A DNA stretch of 54,668 nt from a virus (Duplodnaviria; Caudoviricetes). Where the stretch lies: the IMG/VR virus record IMGVR_UViG_3300035181_002389, positions 1-54,668 of that record; one strand, given 5' to 3'. The translations under genes and the position numbers were made by a program. The notes under the pieces were generated by a model. The model saw only the letters and a program-made list of their open reading frames with translations, was not told the DNA's origin and did no database searches. Of the stretch, positions 36,017-45,039 are shown in pieces; position 1 is the stretch's first letter, and every line of letters starts with the position of its first letter.

Positions 36017-36476
36017 TTTCTTTTAACTCCTTTTGGAGCTTTGCAATTTCATCTTTTTGCCATCCAAGCTCTTCTGCCATCTTAATAAGCTCTTCTACTG
36101 GTGGAAGAGAGTATGTTTTTGCTTCTCGTGTAGAAAGTTCAAAGTACTCTTGAATTACGCGATATGCTTCAACCAGTTTTTTCTTGGATTTTATGCCAAG
36201 CCATACATACCGCTTACTTGTTTTTGATGATGCGGTCTGAAGAAGCTGCATCAACAGATGAGGGTGTTTTCCTAGTGAAAAAACATAAGGATTAACAAAC
36301 TCATTCAGTAAAATAATTTGTCGTTCGTCAGAGGTTCCTGACATCCAGCGCATAACAACTAATGGTGCAAATCCCTTGCGCTCATCATCAGACATCGTTG
36401 TGTAAAGATCACCTGATTTTGGGTTGTCAATGTCATTTAACAGCTTAAAAATGTCTAAAGAAAAGCACTTCTTCAT
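36009..36476 (-). CDS. Clamp loader small subunit (T4 gp62-like)
   Basis: FAPLVVMRWMS...NEFVN...KRYVWL...IQEYF; lies near the gp44 homolog. Confidence 0.65.
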   Translation of the reverse strand: MKKCFSLDIFKLLNDIDNPKSGDLYTTMSDDERKGFAPLVVMRWMSGTSDERQIILLNEFVNPYVFSLGKHPHLLMQLLQTASSKTSKRYVWLGIKSKKKLVEAYRVIQEYFELSTREAKTYSLPPVEELIKMAEELGWQKDEIAKLQKELKENG

Positions 36477-36479
36477 GGT

Positions 36480-36833
36480 TTAAATCAATCCATTATTCTT
36501 CATGTACTCTTCTTCAGCAAGAAGCTCTGCTTCTCGTTCTGCTTTAATATCTATCAGTGGAACATCGTCAGGATTATCTTGAAGAACAGCACGATCAGCA
36601 ACATAATCTGCCCAAGCGTGTAGAATTTTTCGAACACGATCACGGTCCATCCGCTCATTATTAATGATGAGCGCACCATCATTTGAAAGAAAAACATGTA
36701 GTTGCCCAAAACCACAGCCTTTCCAGCTCCAACTAAAGAACGTGTTTGCAGTGCTCAAGCCACAAACTTCTGGTGGATTTGCTTCCATGATTGCATTACG
36801 CTCATCTGGCGTCATCTTAAAAATTGATTTCAT
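36480..36833 (-). CDS. Hypothetical protein
   Basis: ORF between the clamp loader genes. Confidence 0.6.
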   Translation of the reverse strand: MKSIFKMTPDERNAIMEANPPEVCGLSTANTFFSWSWKGCGFGQLHVFLSNDGALIINNERMDRDRVRKILHAWADYVADRAVLQDNPDDVPLIDIKAEREAELLAEEEYMKNNGLI

Positions 36834-36902
36834 TTTGGGCTTATTTTAGATAATAGCTAAAGTAATATTATGTCGAATTACTTAACGCTCTTTTTGTTTA
36901 TC

Positions 36903-37814
36903 TTAAAGTCTAGATAGCTCAATCATGAGAGCTGCAATATTGATCTCAGTATCAGCAACAATGCTGTGCTTATACAAATATTCAGCGATAGTGATGATGG
37001 CAGCTTCTTTATCAGCAACCTTCATCTTGTCAACATTAGCATAAAGAAACCTGTAAACGTCTTCATGCTCTTCACGAGTTGCAGATTCACAAACAAGCTT
37101 GCGAGCCTTCTTAAAATCACCCTTCGTGATAGCGTCTAGCAATCCAAACTTCCAATCAGCAGAATCAGCAGACACTTGTGATGGGCTGAGAAGCTTTTTG
37201 CCATTCACATTTCCCTGAAGCAACTGAATGATCTTGCGAATATCAGGATAACCAACATCAACGTAAGTGAGAAGATCTTCAGGCTCATAGTCAATACCTT
37301 CAATGTCAAGTATTTCAGCAACACGAAGAGCGACTTTTTCTTTATCAGGAGCTTTGAAATAGAACTCTTGAAACCGAGATTTCAACGGAGGAATAACCTT
37401 GTTGGCGTAGTTACAAGTCGCGATAAAGCGGCAAGACCCAGAAGCTTCCTCAATAAGGGAACGAAGAAGAGCTTGACCATCAAGAGATAGGTAATCAATT
37501 TCTTCAAGTCGTACCACCTTGAACTTACCAATCGGCATGCTCATCGCAAAGCTTGTTACTTTGCTGCGCATAGCATCAATTTTTTCATCGGAACAATTGA
37601 TCTTCAACACATCTGAAGGATCAATTTTCAGATCATGAATGAGAGCTCGAGATACTGTAGTTTTACCTGTACCTTGAACACCCGTCAAGAACAAGTGTGG
37701 AATGTCTCCAGCTTCAATAAAAGCTTCAAACTGTTTTCGCTGGCGGTCATCCTGAAAAATAACATCACTGATAGATTTAGGACGATAGCGCTCTACCCAA
37801 ATTGTTGTTTTCAT
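36903..37814 (-). CDS. Clamp loader AAA+ subunit (T4 gp44/RFC)
   Basis: WVERYRP, GVQGTGKTT, LEEID, FIATCNY, LKSRF. Confidence 0.95.
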   Translation of the reverse strand: MKTTIWVERYRPKSISDVIFQDDRQRKQFEAFIEAGDIPHLFLTGVQGTGKTTVSRALIHDLKIDPSDVLKINCSDEKIDAMRSKVTSFAMSMPIGKFKVVRLEEIDYLSLDGQALLRSLIEEASGSCRFIATCNYANKVIPPLKSRFQEFYFKAPDKEKVALRVAEILDIEGIDYEPEDLLTYVDVGYPDIRKIIQLLQGNVNGKKLLSPSQVSADSADWKFGLLDAITKGDFKKARKLVCESATREEHEDVYRFLYANVDKMKVADKEAAIITIAEYLYKHSIVADTEINIAALMIELSRL

Positions 37815-37883
37815 ATAATGAAAATAAGTTAGGAACTGTTGATAATGTATTATAACATAAGCAACAGTCCCTTAAAACTTCAA

Positions 37884-38978
37884 TCAGCGTGTTCTACCTG
37901 ATGGCCCACCCACAACCACAGTATTATTTGAATTATCTTCAAAATATACGTTCTTTAAATTGGATGAATTATTAGAAAGAAATTCACTACCTATGTTGAC
38001 ATCCCCCTTATTGCTGTCAATATCTTCAAGTGAAGATCTTGGCGCTGACTTTGGGGCAGACTTCTTAATCTGATTTAAGGTAATAATCTCTTTTTCCACT
38101 TGGTTTTTTACTGGTTCAGGCTCTGTTTTTTCAGCATCTATAGGTTTTGGCTCATCTACAATAGAAGTGTCAATTGCTTCCTGTCGCTTTTCATTAGTAA
38201 CTTCTTCACTATGAAGAGGCACAGCTTCATTTGGCTGTTCAGACTTAATTAAATTATCTGACTTTAAATCCTCACAATTTGTGTCAGGCTTCTGTTCATT
38301 TAACTTTCGTTGCGTAATAAGAAAGTTGCCGGCAACAAGAAGCGTCACTGCCAACGGGTCAAACACGAAGATTATAATTAAAATCACCCATTTCACTGCC
38401 TGCTCAGGAGTAGTATTAAATGCCTGAGACAAATACATTATAGGACCAATCTTAACGTTCTGCCCAATTACATTTACCTGTAAGCTTGGAAGTTCTTCAT
38501 CAATCTTAGCAAGACGATTATTGATGCGCGTTATTTCATCCTTAAATTGATTCATCAACCTGACACGACTGCTAACAGAATTGCTAGGAAGGTTTGCGAT
38601 CTGCGCGTCAATTTCTTGTTTTCGAGCTTGAAGACGGGTCTTCTCATCCTCAAGAGAAGTAATTATTACGTTTTGTTGATTATTTCCAGCTATAGCTTTT
38701 TGAAATTCACCAGACAAATAACCAAACACCCCCGCTGACGTAATAGTCATCAGCACTAGCGTCGCAATTGTCATGTACACTTTCATAAACCAACTGATCT
38801 TGGCTAAATTCTTGTACATGAAAGATACAGCAACAACTTTACCGATGTCAAGCGCCACGGCCATTGTAATAACAACAGGACTACCAGCAAAAAGAGCTGA
38901 AAGACCTAAAATAGAAATGTATGTACCAATACCCTCAATAAAGAGGGCTGTTGCGAGAACTAATAGTGCAAAGAGCAT
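37884..38978 (-). CDS. Multi-TM coiled-coil membrane protein
   Basis: Three N-terminal TM helices, a coiled coil, a VFDPLAV TM and a low-complexity tail. Confidence 0.75.
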   Translation of the reverse strand: MLFALLVLATALFIEGIGTYISILGLSALFAGSPVVITMAVALDIGKVVAVSFMYKNLAKISWFMKVYMTIATLVLMTITSAGVFGYLSGEFQKAIAGNNQQNVIITSLEDEKTRLQARKQEIDAQIANLPSNSVSSRVRLMNQFKDEITRINNRLAKIDEELPSLQVNVIGQNVKIGPIMYLSQAFNTTPEQAVKWVILIIIFVFDPLAVTLLVAGNFLITQRKLNEQKPDTNCEDLKSDNLIKSEQPNEAVPLHSEEVTNEKRQEAIDTSIVDEPKPIDAEKTEPEPVKNQVEKEIITLNQIKKSAPKSAPRSSLEDIDSNKGDVNIGSEFLSNNSSNLKNVYFEDNSNNTVVVGGPSGRTR

Positions 38979-38986
38979 ATGTCTCC

Positions 38987-39304
38987 TTAATAAGCATAAG
39001 TTACGCTCTCATCCTCTCCGATAGCGATTACTTTTGAATCATCTGATTTCCAATAGCTTTGTCCTTCAAACTTGACTTCTGTAGTCCATTGTAAAGCTTC
39101 AATCAGAACATAGTCACCAACGCCAAAGTCAGTAACTTCATCACCAACAGCAACAACCTTACCCCAACGAGCGTATTTGCCCTGTTCACTAAGGTCTTGA
39201 TTAGTTAGAATGATGCGACCGCTGTTCTTTTCAATGAACATACCACCAGTAGTTTCATTGGTAAAAGAGAACAAAAAAGATTTTCCGAGCGGTTTTAGCG
39301 CCAT
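38987..39304 (-). CDS. groES: GroES-like co-chaperonin
   Basis: LKPLG...GRIIL...GKVVAVG...VGDYVL. Confidence 0.8.
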   Translation of the reverse strand: MALKPLGKSFLFSFTNETTGGMFIEKNSGRIILTNQDLSEQGKYARWGKVVAVGDEVTDFGVGDYVLIEALQWTTEVKFEGQSYWKSDDSKVIAIGEDESVTYAY

Positions 39305-39347
39305 ATAAATTTTCTCCTATAAAGATTAAGATCGTATTAGATTTTAA

Positions 39348-39578
39348 TTAATCTTCTGTTTGTGCTGCTTGTTCTGATGCTTCGGCTGCTTCCACTGCCA
39401 TTGTCAGCGCATCAGGAATTGGAGTAGCAGTTTTTGCCTTCAGCCCATCTTTTTCATCAATAAATTTGCGCCGTGCATCAACACTTACAGGAACAGGAGT
39501 TGCTGCAAGTTGCTGCTTAATAGCTAAAAGGTCAAAATCAACTATCTCGCCTCGAGCGCTTCGTGCTTTTCTACTCAT
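39348..39578 (-). CDS. Conserved hypothetical protein
   Basis: RSARGEIVDFD motif; TAAATA at 39646-39651. Confidence 0.7.
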   Translation of the reverse strand: MSRKARSARGEIVDFDLLAIKQQLAATPVPVSVDARRKFIDEKDGLKAKTATPIPDALTMAVEAAEASEQAAQTED

Positions 39579-39676
39579 TAAAAATTCTCCATGGAAGTAA
39601 GTATATATGATAAATATTAGTTAACATCAGTTCTGATGCATAGTATATTTATTACGCTGCCGGCGTAATCATTCTC

Positions 39677-40207
39677 TCAGTCATGGAAAAATTCAGTCAT
39701 TGGAATTCTGTATTTAATTGGATCAACCATATGCAAGCCAATTAGAAACAGCACGAGTGAAGCGCAAGATGATCCGCGACCTACACCATACACTATTCCT
39801 GATTCGTTGAACTTATCAACAACAAAAATTAAAGCCTTTATAAGCTTATCTAATCCACGCTTTTGGATTTCATGTATTTCTTCATCTAAACGTTTTGCAT
39901 AATGAATCCGTTTTTCAGGATCTGGAAATTTAGTGCTTAGAATTTTATGCAAATGCTCTGAAAGATTTATTTCATCATACTTTTTAGGTATGTTCCAAGT
40001 TAAATCAAAGTTAGCAGGCACTTCATGGCCTACCAAAATGGTTTCATCATCAGAGATAAGATTGAATGTTTTTACCTCATCATCTTCTTCTGTGACAGCA
40101 ATTTTACTGATTGGAACGCCTGCCAAAAGTAAATCAGGAACAAGATCAGGGGTAACCTGACTTGTCCCGTCAAAGAAGAGAACACGATCTTTTAGTTCAG
40201 TTTTCAT
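39677..40207 (-). CDS. dnaE: DNA polymerase III alpha-like protein, N-terminal piece
   Basis: RLDEEI...GVGRGSSCASLVLFLIGLHMVDPIKY; ends just before the DxD motif. Confidence 0.85.
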   Translation of the reverse strand: MKTELKDRVLFFDGTSQVTPDLVPDLLLAGVPISKIAVTEEDDEVKTFNLISDDETILVGHEVPANFDLTWNIPKKYDEINLSEHLHKILSTKFPDPEKRIHYAKRLDEEIHEIQKRGLDKLIKALIFVVDKFNESGIVYGVGRGSSCASLVLFLIGLHMVDPIKYRIPMTEFFHD

Positions 40208-40452
40208 TCAATAGTAGCACATTCACCTTTAAGAGCTGCCTGTGCCACCTTTCGTAGCACAGTCTCTGGTACTGTAACATATGGTGCTTCTGCATAAAAC
40301 TGAATTTCACCCCAATTTCCTGTGTCAAGAAACATTTTCAATGATTTCAGGTGTGCGGTGTTTTTAGGATCAAAGCATTCTCGTGGAATTCGTGCTTCAC
40401 GCAGAATATTAGACATCCCAAGAAAATCAGTACTTGTATCATAATCAATCAA
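40204..40452 (-). CDS. Hypothetical protein
   Basis: TTG start with AGGAG; translationally coupled to the next gene. Confidence 0.6.
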   Translation of the reverse strand: MIDYDTSTDFLGMSNILREARIPRECFDPKNTAHLKSLKMFLDTGNWGEIQFYAEAPYVTVPETVLRKVAQAALKGECATIE

Positions 40453-40494
40453 GATATTCTCCTATTAAAAATACGAATTGGATGAATTATGCTT

Positions 40495-40983
40495 TTATTT
40501 CAATTGTTCAACAATTACACCACGTTTTACTAGAAAATCAATTCCATCAGTGTCACGATACTGCTCACGATATACTACACGCTTAATCTTAGCTTGCTTA
40601 ATAAGCTTAGCGCATTCTTTGCATGGAGACATGGTCACATAAAGGGTTGCGCCTTGAGCGCCAACACCGCCGTTTTCAGCAATCTTAGCAAGAGCATTGG
40701 ATTCTGCATGCAAAACTTCTTGTTTAGTTTTTAAAACCCATTCTGGTTCTGTGCCAATAGATGAAGAAACGTTCTCATAAAATTCACACACATCATCCTC
40801 ATCTCCTGCTGGCATGCCATTATATCCATCAGAAATGATTTGACGATCCTTTACAATAAGAGCCCCCACTTGCTTACGATTTGCCTTTGACCGTTTAGCC
40901 CAAATCTCAGCCATTTGCATGTAGGCCTCATCCAATTCAATGCGGTTTGGGTTAGTGCAGATAGGTGGAGGGAGTGTTTTCAT
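40495..40983 (-). CDS. dCMP deaminase
   Basis: GYNG, HAESNA, SPCKEC. Confidence 0.95.
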   Translation of the reverse strand: MKTLPPPICTNPNRIELDEAYMQMAEIWAKRSKANRKQVGALIVKDRQIISDGYNGMPAGDEDDVCEFYENVSSSIGTEPEWVLKTKQEVLHAESNALAKIAENGGVGAQGATLYVTMSPCKECAKLIKQAKIKRVVYREQYRDTDGIDFLVKRGVIVEQLK

Positions 40984-41323
40984 CTTGAATTTCCTCGTCT
41001 GGTGAAATACCTAATTCCTCTTCAATATCACGCACTACACTACGAATAGTTGTGAAGAGTCCTAAATGCCCATTTTTTACCTGATCCATCAACTCAGCAT
41101 ACAATCCTTCTTCGAGAATACCAAAATACCCACCTACGTTAATGTATGTTTGCACGCCTTCACCATCTTTACTATCCTCATTCATATATTTTACACCTAG
41201 GATGAACATGGCATGATCTTCACTTTGATCTACTGAATCAGAAACAGATGAAACACTCTCTGCCAATTCATTTAGAATTGGATCAAGATCGTCACTGATA
41301 TTTTCCACACTCTTGTTTGACAT
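40952..41323 (-). CDS. Acidic hypothetical protein
   Basis: AAGGA RBS; promoter TTTACG-17-TATAAT at 41345-41373. Confidence 0.65.
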   Translation of the reverse strand: MSNKSVENISDDLDPILNELAESVSSVSDSVDQSEDHAMFILGVKYMNEDSKDGEGVQTYINVGGYFGILEEGLYAELMDQVKNGHLGLFTTIRSVVRDIEEELGISPDEEIQDENTPSTYLH

Positions 41324-41461
41324 AACAATCCTTTCAATAAAGTTATTATATTATGTAAAGCATTAGCCGTAAACTTCTAATCTGTCAAGCTAACGCATAA
41401 AGTCGTTTTAATAAAACTAGATTGGCACAATAAACAAGCTAACTAGAAAATTCTTTCTAGC

Positions 41462-43018
41462 TCAAGCGGTGTATGGAACATCAATCAGTTCTTCCATAGC
41501 GCGGGTAATAGCGACGTACTCAAGGTTAACTTCTTGAGCTTGTTGCCATGCTCGTTTAGCATAAGGGCTTGGCATGAAGCGTGATCTGCCAAGAATGTAA
41601 ACACGTTTCCATTCGCGCCCTTTAGACTTATGAATTGTCGAAAGAGTCAGAACTGATGGTTCTTCACCTTCTTTTGTGTTACCGAACATGTTCTCAATAT
41701 CTGAAACGAGAGCGTCAACGGTGTTCTTCTTCTCTTCAAGACACTTATTGATCACAACCCGCAAGCAGTCGATCTGATCAATCAAGCTTTCAATACGATC
41801 TTCTTGACCACGACTCATGTACCTAGCTGTCTGCCGCGCTTGATAGTCTTCCAACTTGTTAATAAGCTGATTAAGAGTTTTAATCTTCCATCGACGTGCC
41901 AGCTTTACCAAACCGTTACCAATTTCGCGGCCTTCCACTCGACATGCAATTCCTTTTGCAATAAGCGTGTAAGCTGTCTGCACTAGTGGAGCTGTATTGC
42001 GGCAGAGAATTGCATCGAACTTGTTAAGACCTTCCTTGTCCAAGTCAGCGTACTCAATGGTGCGAACAACACCTTGAATAGCATCCTCATGAGCAGTGAA
42101 ATCCGGTACTAACTTTCGTGCTTCAGCAACTACTGCTTTCGGGCAACGACGCGTAACATTTAGTGGGAGAGTGATAGCACCTGTCACTTCCTTAAGCTGT
42201 TTCATCGAGTCAGAATCAGCACCAGTAAAGCCATAGATAGCTTGACGATCATCACCAACAAAGATCATGCGGCCAGTCTTTGGTTTTAGCATGGCCAGAG
42301 CCAGTGCACGGCGGGCTGGGTTAGTGTCTTGAGACTCATCCAATAGAACCCAATCCTTAGGCCAAAAGCGGGCACGAAAAACCAATGGAGCCAGGATCAT
42401 ATCATCAAAATCAATTACATCACGGCACTGGTTCAAAGAGATACGGTACACACGCTGGGCTGCCCGAATAATCTCATTTGGATCCGTGTCCTCAGTGATA
42501 TCATTTTCTAGACCAAAATGGTCAAAAATTTCCATCCAAACAGATGTGTCATCGATAGGATAGAGATGACCTATTGCTCGCTGTTTGCCAAGAGAGCAAA
42601 GCTTAGCAACAGTATCACTGGCTTGCTGCATAATGAAATTATCAGGTTCATATGCCAGCTCACGAATGATGTTGATGAGCTTCTTGTCATCAATTTGAAC
42701 ACGAGGGGCAACCTTTCTCCAAGCCGCGAAGCCAAATGAATGAACTGTCCCGGCTTGAGCGACGCGCCAATCATAACCAGCTTCATCTAGTTTTTGCTTA
42801 AGCTCATCAGCAATCTTCTTGTTGTAGGCCATGAGAGCAACATCGCCGAGCTTGTCTTCGGCAATAGCGGCTACTACTTTCATCAACGTGAATGTTTTCC
42901 CACACCCAGCACGTGCCAACAATTCCAATGAACCAGTTCCCTCATATACCCAGCGAATGACTGCCAACTGTTGTTCTGAGAGACTTACCCAGCGAGAAAG
43001 ATTGAATTTCGTTTTCAT
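41462..43018 (-). CDS. UvrD/Rep-like SF1 helicase
   Basis: ARAGCGKT, LDESQD, VGDDRQAIYGF, STIHKSKGREW, YVAITRA. Confidence 0.95.
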   Translation of the reverse strand: MKTKFNLSRWVSLSEQQLAVIRWVYEGTGSLELLARAGCGKTFTLMKVVAAIAEDKLGDVALMAYNKKIADELKQKLDEAGYDWRVAQAGTVHSFGFAAWRKVAPRVQIDDKKLINIIRELAYEPDNFIMQQASDTVAKLCSLGKQRAIGHLYPIDDTSVWMEIFDHFGLENDITEDTDPNEIIRAAQRVYRISLNQCRDVIDFDDMILAPLVFRARFWPKDWVLLDESQDTNPARRALALAMLKPKTGRMIFVGDDRQAIYGFTGADSDSMKQLKEVTGAITLPLNVTRRCPKAVVAEARKLVPDFTAHEDAIQGVVRTIEYADLDKEGLNKFDAILCRNTAPLVQTAYTLIAKGIACRVEGREIGNGLVKLARRWKIKTLNQLINKLEDYQARQTARYMSRGQEDRIESLIDQIDCLRVVINKCLEEKKNTVDALVSDIENMFGNTKEGEEPSVLTLSTIHKSKGREWKRVYILGRSRFMPSPYAKRAWQQAQEVNLEYVAITRAMEELIDVPYTA

Positions 43019-43025
43019 AAATGAA

Positions 43026-43079
43026 ATTATACAACAACCTGTGCTTTAAAACTCAGGTTAAAGTGTAACTCATCGTAAC
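43026..43079 (-). promoter_or_regulatory. Early promoter with GTTACAC box
   Basis: TATAAT at 43026-43031, GTTACAC at 43063-43069, second GTTAC at 43075-43079; the -10 lies only 7 nt from the ATG. Confidence 0.55.
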
Positions 43080-43128
43080 TAAAACTACTACGTGCCTTCA
43101 TTTTATAGCAAACAAAAGATGGGGAAAT

Positions 43129-43596
43129 TTATTTCCCCCAATCTAAATCTAAAGGTTCAACGTACTCATTGCCAAGAAAAATTGGAAAATCAATAAGTGG
43201 AAGACCTGTTACATCTCCTTCATAATCATAGCACAATGAAACGTGTGGCTGATAAACTGGAAAATCATAGGTTGCGTCATGTTCAGCCATCAGTTTTAAA
43301 TGTCGCGCAACAACTGACGGTGCGTTTAAACGTATAACAAGAACCTTCTTTCCATCGTCTGTTGAAAAAATTTCAAAATCTAAAAATTCACATGCATGAA
43401 CACACAATGGTTCAGGTTGAATGTTATGAACTTTTCGACTATAGATCACCGTTGTATGTAGCTCGTCTTCGAATTTAGAAGTGTCTATCTTAATTCCGTT
43501 TTGTTCACAGAATTGTTTGATTTTTGTTGCTGACTCTGGAAGAACACGTAGTCCAACATACGTGCCTTGCATAGTTTTAATTTCATTTAGTTTCAT
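43129..43596 (-). CDS. acb1: Anti-CBASS 2H phosphodiesterase Acb1 (T4 gp57B-like)
   Basis: GTYV N-terminus, LHTTVIYSR and YQPHVSL 2H motifs, ATYDFP, and the EYVEPLDLDW C-terminal lid. Confidence 0.85.
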   Translation of the reverse strand: MKLNEIKTMQGTYVGLRVLPESATKIKQFCEQNGIKIDTSKFEDELHTTVIYSRKVHNIQPEPLCVHACEFLDFEIFSTDDGKKVLVIRLNAPSVVARHLKLMAEHDATYDFPVYQPHVSLCYDYEGDVTGLPLIDFPIFLGNEYVEPLDLDWGK

Positions 43597-43614
43597 ATGG
43601 AGATATGTGTGTTG

Positions 43615-44301
43615 TTAAAAATTATCAGGATTTGCTTTGGCTCCACCATTAATCTGAAATTCTGCATAAATTTCTGGTGAATTATTTCTTGGTTTGTTAT
43701 ATTGAGTATTTTGGGTATTATTACTATATTGATTGTTATATTGGTTATTTGGATTTATAATTTGACCGTTATTATTGTTATATTGATTATTGTTATATGA
43801 GTTATATTGGTTATCTGGATTTAGAATTTGACCATTATTATAGTTGTTTTGGTATCCATCACTTCCTACGTAATCTTGTCTTTTTCCATATCGTCTATCG
43901 TAAGCCGTGGTTCCAACAGCAGAATCATCTGATATTGTTGCACCATATTTAGCAAGCATAAATTTGGAAAATCCGTCAATAGATGCTACGTAGGCCAAAT
44001 ATATGGCAAAAATATCCCAATTAAGTTGACCTTGCATTGTGAGCTTTATAACAATGAACGTTGCAACAATCCCACCAATAAGCTGCAACATTTTTGTTGC
44101 TGAAACCTTTGTCCCATCGCGCGTGATCATGTCCATCCAGTCAAATCTTCTTGCACGCTGCGCTCGGTAAATAGCGATTAGAAAAATAGAAAAGATAACT
44201 ATTAGAATAGCCCCGTAAATATTGAATGTGACACCAAATAATGTAACCATAGATGAATTTTGTGCTTCTAATGCCGCCGCTGCAGCAGTTTCTTTTCCCA
44301 T
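43615..44301 (-). CDS. Three-TM holin-like membrane protein with N/Q/Y-rich tail
   Basis: Three hydrophobic helices; late TAAATA at 44340-44345; low-complexity C-terminus. Confidence 0.5.
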   Translation of the reverse strand: MGKETAAAAALEAQNSSMVTLFGVTFNIYGAILIVIFSIFLIAIYRAQRARRFDWMDMITRDGTKVSATKMLQLIGGIVATFIVIKLTMQGQLNWDIFAIYLAYVASIDGFSKFMLAKYGATISDDSAVGTTAYDRRYGKRQDYVGSDGYQNNYNNGQILNPDNQYNSYNNNQYNNNNGQIINPNNQYNNQYSNNTQNTQYNKPRNNSPEIYAEFQINGGAKANPDNF

Positions 44302-44399
44302 ATCAGAGGACTCCTATTTCTTATGTAGTGTTATTTTCATATTTAGCACATATATTTAGCTCGATTCTTAAATATCTCACGTATAATTATGGAGGTATT

Positions 44400-45023
44400 A
44401 TGCTATCTTTAGACATTCATATGATTAAAACACCTGGGTGGGAAAAGAACTTTCAAGAACAAAAGAAGTTGTTAGAAAGATCTAACATTACGGTTTATGA
44501 AGTAGATTACATTAAAGACCACGTTCTGTATGCTAGAGCAAATGGTTTCAGTAAAGGAACAGCAAAATACGTCTCGTACTTTGACGATGATGATAGAGTT
44601 TTAGATGTTTCATGGATTGATGAAGCTCTTCAAAGAATGGAAGATGATAAATCTATAGCTGTTATTTACCCAAGATATCAGGCTACACGCAATAATAAAA
44701 TTGTTTATGTTTCACCAGATAAACCCTTTGCCGTAGATTTTTCTTGGCCACGGGTGCACTCTCTTTCTATTTTTAGACGCGAATACATTAAACTTGTGTT
44801 TGATAAAGTCATTGATGAACTAGCACCGCTTAAACCCGCAAAAACATCTACAATTGAAACCTTAATTTTTCAAGGTATGACAAAATTCGGAACGCTTGTA
44901 CACGTTCCGAATATTGCGTATTCCTGGGATTTAAGAAGTGGGTCTGCGCGCCTTACTCAATTAGAAAAACATGTAGAGCTCTGGGTCAAAGAGTTTAGGC
45001 AGAGCTTGATGTTAAATCAATAA
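44400..45023 (+). CDS. Glycosyltransferase family 2
   Basis: ARANGF...YVSYFDDDD; true start ATG 44400 after GGAGG; TAAATA at 44369-44374. Confidence 0.75.
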   Translation: MLSLDIHMIKTPGWEKNFQEQKKLLERSNITVYEVDYIKDHVLYARANGFSKGTAKYVSYFDDDDRVLDVSWIDEALQRMEDDKSIAVIYPRYQATRNNKIVYVSPDKPFAVDFSWPRVHSLSIFRREYIKLVFDKVIDELAPLKPAKTSTIETLIFQGMTKFGTLVHVPNIAYSWDLRSGSARLTQLEKHVELWVKEFRQSLMLNQ

Positions 45024-45039
45024 TTTGCATGGTAAACTA

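Noticed and set aside
33730-40207. Split-intein trans-splicing of DnaE as in cyanobacteria
   Set aside because: Neither piece has intein N- or C-terminal motifs or extra sequence at the split point.
44253-44399. Upstream start of the GT2 ORF as given in the track
   Set aside because: It overlaps the opposite-strand gene and the promoter region; GGAGG plus ATG at 44400 is the credible start.
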